A DNA stretch of 4,235 nt from IMG/VR virus record IMGVR_UViG_2703719354_000013, positions 1 to 4,235 of that record, one strand, 5' to 3'. The notes below the pieces were generated by a model. It was not told the origin of the DNA. It did not search any database and saw nothing but the letters and a program-made list of their open reading frames with translations. Position 1 is the stretch's first letter. Every line of letters begins with the position of its first letter. The stretch comes from a virus. Its lineage: Duplodnaviria; Heunggongvirae; Uroviricota; Caudoviricetes. This document shows, in pieces, positions 1-4,235 of the stretch. The position numbers and the translations under genes were made by a program.

Positions 1-9
1 TGAGTAAAC

Positions 10-17
10 GGGAGAGG
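10..17 (+). promoter_or_regulatory. Ribosome-binding site of I (GGGAGAGG)
   Basis: GGGAGAGG at 10-17 lies 11 nt upstream of the ATG at 29, directly after the in-frame TAA at 5-7. Confidence 0.55.
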
Positions 18-28
18 TATTCCGAAAA

Positions 29-706
29 ATGGCAACGACGAACGCATTCTGTCTGGCGTCACCGCCACTGGCACGCATCTGCCTTCACGGGGATTTACAA
101 CGATTTGGCCGCCGCCTCAGCCTGTACGTGAACACGGCAGCGGAAGCCATCCGTGCCCTGTCGCTGCAGGTGCCGGGATTCCGCCGCCAGATGAACGAAG
201 GCTGGTACCAGATACGTATTGCCGGTGATGACACGGCACCGGAGGCGGTGTATGCCCGCCTTCACGAACAACTGGGTGAGGGGGCGGTCATCCATATTGT
301 GCCGCGACTGGCCGGTGCAGGGAAAGGCGGACTGCAGATTGTGCTGGGGGCGGCAGCCATCGTGGGCTCTTTCTTCACGGCCGGAGCATCGATGGCAGCC
401 TGGGGTGCAGCGCTGAGTGCCGGCGGTTTTTCTGCCACCACGATGCTGTTTTCACTGGGTGCCAGCATGATTCTGGGTGGTGTGGCACAGATGCTGGCCC
501 CGAAGCCAAAAACACCGGAATACAGGGCAACGGATAACGGTAAACAGAACACGTACTTTTCGTCGCTGGATAACATGATTGCCCAGGGTAACCCTATGCC
601 GGTGCCTTATGGTGAAATGCTGGTTGGTTCACGACGGATATCCCAGGACATCAGCACCCGTGATGAGGGCGGAGACGGGAAAGTGGTGGTTATCGGGCGG
701 GGATGA
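29..706 (+). CDS. I: Phage tail assembly protein I (lambda gpI family), complete, 225 aa
   Basis: ATG at 29 is preceded by a GGGAGAGG Shine-Dalgarno at 10-17 and the frame is closed upstream by TAA at 5-7; stop TGA at 704-706. The translation (MATTNAFCLASPPLARICLHGDLQRFGRRL...GAVIHIVPRLAGAGKGG...NGKQNTYFSSLDNM...VVVIGRG) matches lambda gpI as I recall it in length (about 223 aa) and along its length, including the glycine/alanine-rich central stretch. A search was not run. Confidence 0.9.
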   Translation: MATTNAFCLASPPLARICLHGDLQRFGRRLSLYVNTAAEAIRALSLQVPGFRRQMNEGWYQIRIAGDDTAPEAVYARLHEQLGEGAVIHIVPRLAGAGKGGLQIVLGAAAIVGSFFTAGASMAAWGAALSAGGFSATTMLFSLGASMILGGVAQMLAPKPKTPEYRATDNGKQNTYFSSLDNMIAQGNPMPVPYGEMLVGSRRISQDISTRDEGGDGKVVVIGRG

Positions 707-744
707 AAATAAAAAAATCCCGCAGAGTTAGCGGAGCTGCGGGA
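707..744 (-). terminator. Rho-independent terminator-like hairpin plus U-tract on the - strand
   Basis: An 8-bp stem, TCCCGCAG (718-725) pairing with CTGCGGGA (737-744), has an 11-nt loop. Read on the minus strand the hairpin is followed immediately by TTTTTTTATTTT (complement of the A-run 707-717). On the + strand no U-tract follows the hairpin, so it is unidirectional for minus-strand transcripts. Confidence 0.45.
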
Positions 745-751
745 GAGAACG

Positions 752-871
752 ATGAAGATTAACGTTATGGAGTTATTTTTCAGGCATCAAAAAAGTAACG
801 CAGCGTCATTATTGCGGCTACAGGCAATTGCCGGAAATGTGAAGAGTTTCAGAAATTTTATTCCGTCATGA
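752..871 (+). CDS. Small hypothetical ORF, 39 aa, basic peptide MKINVMELFFRHQKSNAASLLRLQAIAGNVKSFRNFIPS, in the I-J spacer
   Basis: ATG at 752 lies 6 nt downstream of a GGGAGAG/GGAG Shine-Dalgarno (741-747); stop TGA at 869-871 is followed 1 nt later by a strong intrinsic terminator. It sits in an AT-rich insert (about 38% GC over 751-870 by my count). I recognise no homolog, and it is below the length cut-off of the ORF track. It could be non-coding. Confidence 0.3.
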   Translation: MKINVMELFFRHQKSNAASLLRLQAIAGNVKSFRNFIPS

Positions 872-872
872 C

Positions 873-904
873 ACAGGCACCCTCCGGGGTGCCTGTTGTT
901 TTCT
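873..904 (+). terminator. Rho-independent terminator-like hairpin plus U-tract on the + strand
   Basis: A perfect 10-bp stem, ACAGGCACCC (873-882) pairing with GGGTGCCTGT (887-896), closes a TCCG tetraloop (883-886) and is followed directly by TGTTTTCT (897-904). It lies between the small ORF stop and the J Shine-Dalgarno. Confidence 0.5.
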
Positions 905-930
905 GGCATAAACAGATTCAGACATCAGAC

Positions 931-940
931 AGGAGAGGGG
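931..940 (+). promoter_or_regulatory. Ribosome-binding site of J (AGGAGAGGGG)
   Basis: AGGAG at 931-935 and a G-run at 936-940 lie 6-11 nt upstream of the GTG start at 947. Confidence 0.6.
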
Positions 941-946
941 GACAGA

Positions 947-3900
947 GTGGGTAAAGGGGGCGGCAAGGGGCACACACCGCGTGAGGCGAAGGATAATCTC
1001 AAATCCACGCAGATGATGAGTGTGATTGATGCGATTGGTGAGGGACCGATAGAAGGCCCGTTGAAGGGACCGCAGAGTATCCTGGTGAACAAAACCCCGC
1101 TGACGGACACGGACGGTAATCCCGTGATACACGGTGTGACGGCGGTCTGGCGTGCCGGGGAGCAGGAGCAGACACCACCGGAAGGCTTTGAGTCCTCCGG
1201 AGCTGAAACCGGACTGGGCGTGGAAGTGACGAAGGCAAAGCCGGTGACGCGCACCATTACGTCCGCGAACATTGACCGCCTGCGGGTTACCTTCGGGGTG
1301 CAGTCACTGGTGGAGACCACCTCAAAGGGTGACCGTAATCCCTCTTCTGTCCGGCTGCTGATTCAGCTTGAGCGTAACGGTAACTGGGTGACGGAAAAGG
1401 ATGTCACCATTAACGGCAAGACCACCTCGCAGTTTCTGGCGTCGGTGATTCTGGATAATCTGCCGCCCCGTCCTTTTAACATCCGGATGGTCCGGGAGAC
1501 AGCGGACAGCACCTCGGACCAGCTGCAGAATAAGACGCTCTGGTCGTCATACACCGAAATCATCGATGTGAAACAGTGCTACCCTAATACGGCGATTGTG
1601 GGCCTGCAGGTGGATGCGGAGCAGTTTGGTGGCCAGCAGATGACGGTGAACTACCATATCCGCGGTCGCATCATTCAGGTACCGTCAAACTATGACCCGG
1701 AAAAACGCACTTACAGCGGTATCTGGGACGGCAGCCTGAAACCGGCATACAGCAATAACCCGGCCTGGTGCCTGTGGGACATGCTGACCCACCCGCGCTA
1801 CGGCATGGGAAAACGCCTGGGGGCGGCGGATGTGGACAAGTGGGCACTGTATGCCATCGGGCAGTACTGTGACCAGACGGTCCCGGATGGTTTCGGGGGC
1901 ACAGAGCCGCGGATGACCTTCAATGCGTACCTGTCACAGCAGCGTAAGGTCTGGGATGTCCTGGGGGATTTCTGCTCGGCGATGCGCTGTATGCCGGTAT
2001 GGAACGGCCAGACGCTGACGTTCGTTCAGGACCGCCAGTCGGATGTGGTGTGGCCGTACACCAACAGCGATGTGGTGGTGGATGATAACGGCGTGGGGTT
2101 TCGCTACAGCTTCAGCGCCCTGAAGGACCGCCACACGGCGGTGGAGGTGAATTACACCGACCCGCAGAACGGCTGGCAGACCTCCACGGAACTGGTGGAA
2201 GACCCGGAAGCCATACTGCGCTACGGGCGCAACCTGCTGAAGATGGATGCGTTCGGTTGCACCAGTCGCGGTCAGGCCCACCGTGCCGGGCTGTGGGTGA
2301 TAAAGACCGGACTGCTGGAAACGCAGACGGTGGATTTCACGCTCGGGTCACAGGGGCTGCGTCACACACCCGGTGACATTATTGAAATCTGTGATAACGA
2401 CTATGCCGGGACCATGACCGGCGGACGTGTCCTGTCCATCGATGCCGCCAGCCGCACCCTGACGCTGGACCGTGAGGTGACCCTGCCGGAGACCGGTGCC
2501 GCCACGGTGAACCTGATTAACGGCAGCGGTAAGCCGGTGAGCGTGGCCATCACTGCACACCCCGCGCCGGACCGGATACAGGTCAGCACCCTGCCTGATG
2601 GTGTGGAGACATACGGTGTATGGGGACTCTCCCTGCCGTCACTGCGTCGTCGCCTGTTCCGCTGTGTCTCCATCCGGGAAAACACGGACGGCACCTTTGC
2701 CATCACGGCGGTGCAGCACGTACCGGAAAAAGAAGCCATCGTGGATAACGGGGCCAGCTTTGAGCCGCAGTCAGGCACCCTGAACAGCGTTATTCCACCG
2801 GCAGTGCAGCACCTGACGGTGGAGGTGAGCGCGGCTGACGGTCAGTATCTGGCACAGGCGAAATGGGACACGCCGCGGGTGGTGAAGGGTGTGCGCTTCA
2901 GTCTGCGCCTGACCAGCGGAAGCGGAGAAGACAGCCGTCTGGTGACCACCGCCATCACTGCGGATACAGAGCATCGTTTCAGTGGTCTGCCGCTCGGGGA
3001 ATACACCCTGACAGTCAGGGCAATTAACAGTTATGGCCAGCAGGGGGAACCGGCCACCACCACGTTCAGGATTAATGCACCTGCGGTACCCGCCACGATT
3101 GAGCTGACACCGGGCTATTTTCAGATAACAGCGGTCCCGCGTCTTGCGGTGTATGACCCGACGGTACAGTTTGAGTTCTGGTTTTCGGAAACGCGGATTA
3201 CCGATATCAGGCAGGTTGAAACCACAGCCCGCTACCTTGGCACGGGGCTGTACTGGATAGCCGCCAGTATCAATATCAAACCGGGCCATGATTATTACTT
3301 TTATATCCGCAGTGTGAACACCGTTGGCAAATCGGCATTTGTGGAGGCTGTTGGCCAGCCGAGTGATGATGCATCCGGCTATCTGGATTTTTTCAAAGGA
3401 GAGATAGGGAAAACCCATCTGGCTCAGGAGTTGTGGACTCAGATTGATAACGGTCAGCTTGCGCCTGACCTGGCGGAAATCAGAACGTCCATCACGGATG
3501 TCAGTAATGAAATCACGCAGACCGTCAATAAGAAACTGGAAGACCAGAGTGCAGCGATCCAGCAGATACAGAAGGTTCAGGTTGATACAAATAATAATCT
3601 GAACAGCATGTGGGCTGTGAAGCTGCAACAGATGAAGGACGGACGCCTTTATATTGCGGGTATCGGTGCCGGTATTGAGAATACGCCAGCAGGAATGCAG
3701 AGTCAGGTGCTGCTGGCGGCAGACAGGATTGCGATGATTAATCCTGCGAATGGCAACACAAAGCCGATGTTTGTTGGTCAGGGCGATCAGATATTCATGA
3801 ACGACGTGTTCCTGAAACGCCTGACGGCTCCCACCATTACCAGCGGCGGTAATCCTCCGGCATTTTCCCTGACACCGGACGGAAAGCTGACCGCTAAAAA

Positions 3901-4235
3901 TGCAGATATCAGTGGCAGTGTGAATGCGAACGCCGGGACGCTCAACAATGTCACAATTAATGAGAACTGTCAGATTAAGGGGAAACTGTCAGCCAACCAG
4001 ATTGAAGGCGATATAGTCAAAACAGTGGGTAAGGCTTTTCCGCGGGACTCCCGGGCACCGGAGCGGTGGCCATCAGGGACCATTACCGTCAGGGTTTATG
4101 ACGATCAGCCGTTTGACCGGCAGATTGTTATTCCGGCGGTGGCATTCAGTGGCGCTAAGCATGAGAGAGAGCATACTGATATTTACTCCTCATGCCGTCT
4201 GATAGTGCGGAAAAACGGTGCTGAAATTTATAACC
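947..4235 (+). CDS. J: Host specificity protein J / central tail fibre (lambda gpJ family), 5' complete, 3' end runs off the window
   Basis: The frame is open from GTG at 947 to the last base with no stop, about 1096 codons. The N-terminus [22 protein letters not shown] aligns with lambda gp[23 protein letters not shown], and long blocks match ([131 protein letters not shown]). AGGAG at 931-935 with a G-run at 936-940 precedes the GTG. It is absent from the supplied ORF track presumably because it has no in-window stop codon. Confidence 0.93.
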   Translation, partial: MGKGGGKGHTPREAKDNLKSTQMMSVIDAIGEGPIEGPLKGPQSILVNKTPLTDTDGNPVIHGVTAVWRAGEQEQTPPEGFESSGAETGLGVEVTKAKPVTRTITSANIDRLRVTFGVQSLVETTSKGDRNPSSVRLLIQLERNGNWVTEKDVTINGKTTSQFLASVILDNLPPRPFNIRMVRETADSTSDQLQNKTLWSSYTEIIDVKQCYPNTAIVGLQVDAEQFGGQQMTVNYHIRGRIIQVPSNYDPEKRTYSGIWDGSLKPAYSNNPAWCLWDMLTHPRYGMGKRLGAADVDKWALYAIGQYCDQTVPDGFGGTEPRMTFNAYLSQQRKVWDVLGDFCSAMRCMPVWNGQTLTFVQDRQSDVVWPYTNSDVVVDDNGVGFRYSFSALKDRHTAVEVNYTDPQNGWQTSTELVEDPEAILRYGRNLLKMDAFGCTSRGQAHRAGLWVIKTGLLETQTVDFTLGSQGLRHTPGDIIEICDNDYAGTMTGGRVLSIDAASRTLTLDREVTLPETGAATVNLINGSGKPVSVAITAHPAPDRIQVSTLPDGVETYGVWGLSLPSLRRRLFRCVSIRENTDGTFAITAVQHVPEKEAIVDNGASFEPQSGTLNSVIPPAVQHLTVEVSAADGQYLAQAKWDTPRVVKGVRFSLRLTSGSGEDSRLVTTAITADTEHRFSGLPLGEYTLTVRAINSYGQQGEPATTTFRINAPAVPATIELTPGYFQITAVPRLAVYDPTVQFEFWFSETRITDIRQVETTARYLGTGLYWIAASINIKPGHDYYFYIRSVNTVGKSAFVEAVGQPSDDASGYLDFFKGEIGKTHLAQELWTQIDNGQLAPDLAEIRTSITDVSNEITQTVNKKLEDQSAAIQQIQKVQVDTNNNLNSMWAVKLQQMKDGRLYIAGIGAGIENTPAGMQSQVLLAADRIAMINPANGNTKPMFVGQGDQIFMNDVFLKRLTAPTITSGGNPPAFSLTPDGKLTAKNADISGSVNANAGTLNNVTINENCQIKGKLSANQIEGDIVKTVGKAFPRDSRAPERWPSGTITVRVYDDQPFDRQIVIPAVAFSGAKHEREHTDIYSSCRLIVRKNGAEIYN

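Noticed and set aside
1-28. A possible end of the upstream tail gene (a K homolog) at TGA 1-3 or TAA 5-7
   Set aside because: Only a few bases are present; the frame and identity of any upstream gene cannot be determined from this window.
95-576. ORFs overlapping gene I (95..295 -, 219..416 +, 262..576 -)
   Set aside because: They are alternative-frame or antisense ORFs inside the gpI-homologous frame, with no independent support.
686-718. A possible + strand sigma70 promoter for the small ORF (TTATCG/TGGTTA-like -35 with an AAAAAT/TAAAAA-like -10 in the A-run)
   Set aside because: The matches to consensus are weak (about 3/6 and 4/6) and the A-run is better explained as the complement of the minus-strand terminator U-tract. 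It is not annotated without experimental transcription-start data.
896-946. An upstream in-frame TTG start that would extend J by 17 codons
   Set aside because: The TTG lies within the terminator stem and U-tract, has no Shine-Dalgarno, and the homology to gpJ begins exactly at the GTG at 947.
866-2778. Other minus-strand ORFs from the track (866..1132, 925..1320, 999..1238, 1363..1563, 1934..2281, 2348..2560, 2401..2778)
   Set aside because: All are antisense to J with junk-like composition; they are explained as shadow ORFs of the J coding strand.
2598-2783. A 61-aa + strand ORF in another frame within J
   Set aside because: It is out of frame with J, and the J frame is continuous and homologous through this region, so a frameshift or nested gene is not supported.
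2771-3628. A 285-aa ORF on the minus strand
   Set aside because: It lies entirely antisense to the well-supported J reading frame. Its product is Arg/Cys/Pro-rich and low-complexity, as expected from the reverse complement of a GC-rich gene, and it has no ribosome-binding site or recognisable homology. Long antisense ORFs are common opposite long genes.
1-4235. CRISPR arrays, tRNA/rRNA genes, insertion sequences or integrase/att sites
   Set aside because: No regularly spaced direct repeats, no cloverleaf-compatible tRNA-like segments, and no terminal inverted repeats or transposase-like ORFs were seen; the window is almost entirely occupied by I and J.

Overview
This window is a lambdoid (lambda-like) phage or prophage tail-tip region on the + strand, probably from an enterobacterial host. 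It holds a complete tail assembly protein I gene (29..706) and about 1096 codons of the host-specificity / central tail fibre protein J gene (947 to the window end, 3' truncated). Between them is a 240-bp spacer (707..946), longer than the lambda I-J spacer as I recall it, with an AT-rich core of about 38% GC against about 57% in early J. The spacer carries a 39-codon basic ORF with its own Shine-Dalgarno, flanked by two convergent intrinsic-terminator-like hairpins: a minus-strand one abutting the I stop and a plus-strand one just before the J ribosome-binding site. This looks like a small moron-like insertion, possibly a short peptide gene with a cis-antisense RNA, and is the most interesting element here. 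J also has an internal divergent, lower-GC segment and a divergent distal end, suggesting mosaicism. No tRNA, rRNA, CRISPR array or transposase was seen. All calls are from reading the sequence and recalling lambda gpI/gpJ; no database search was run.
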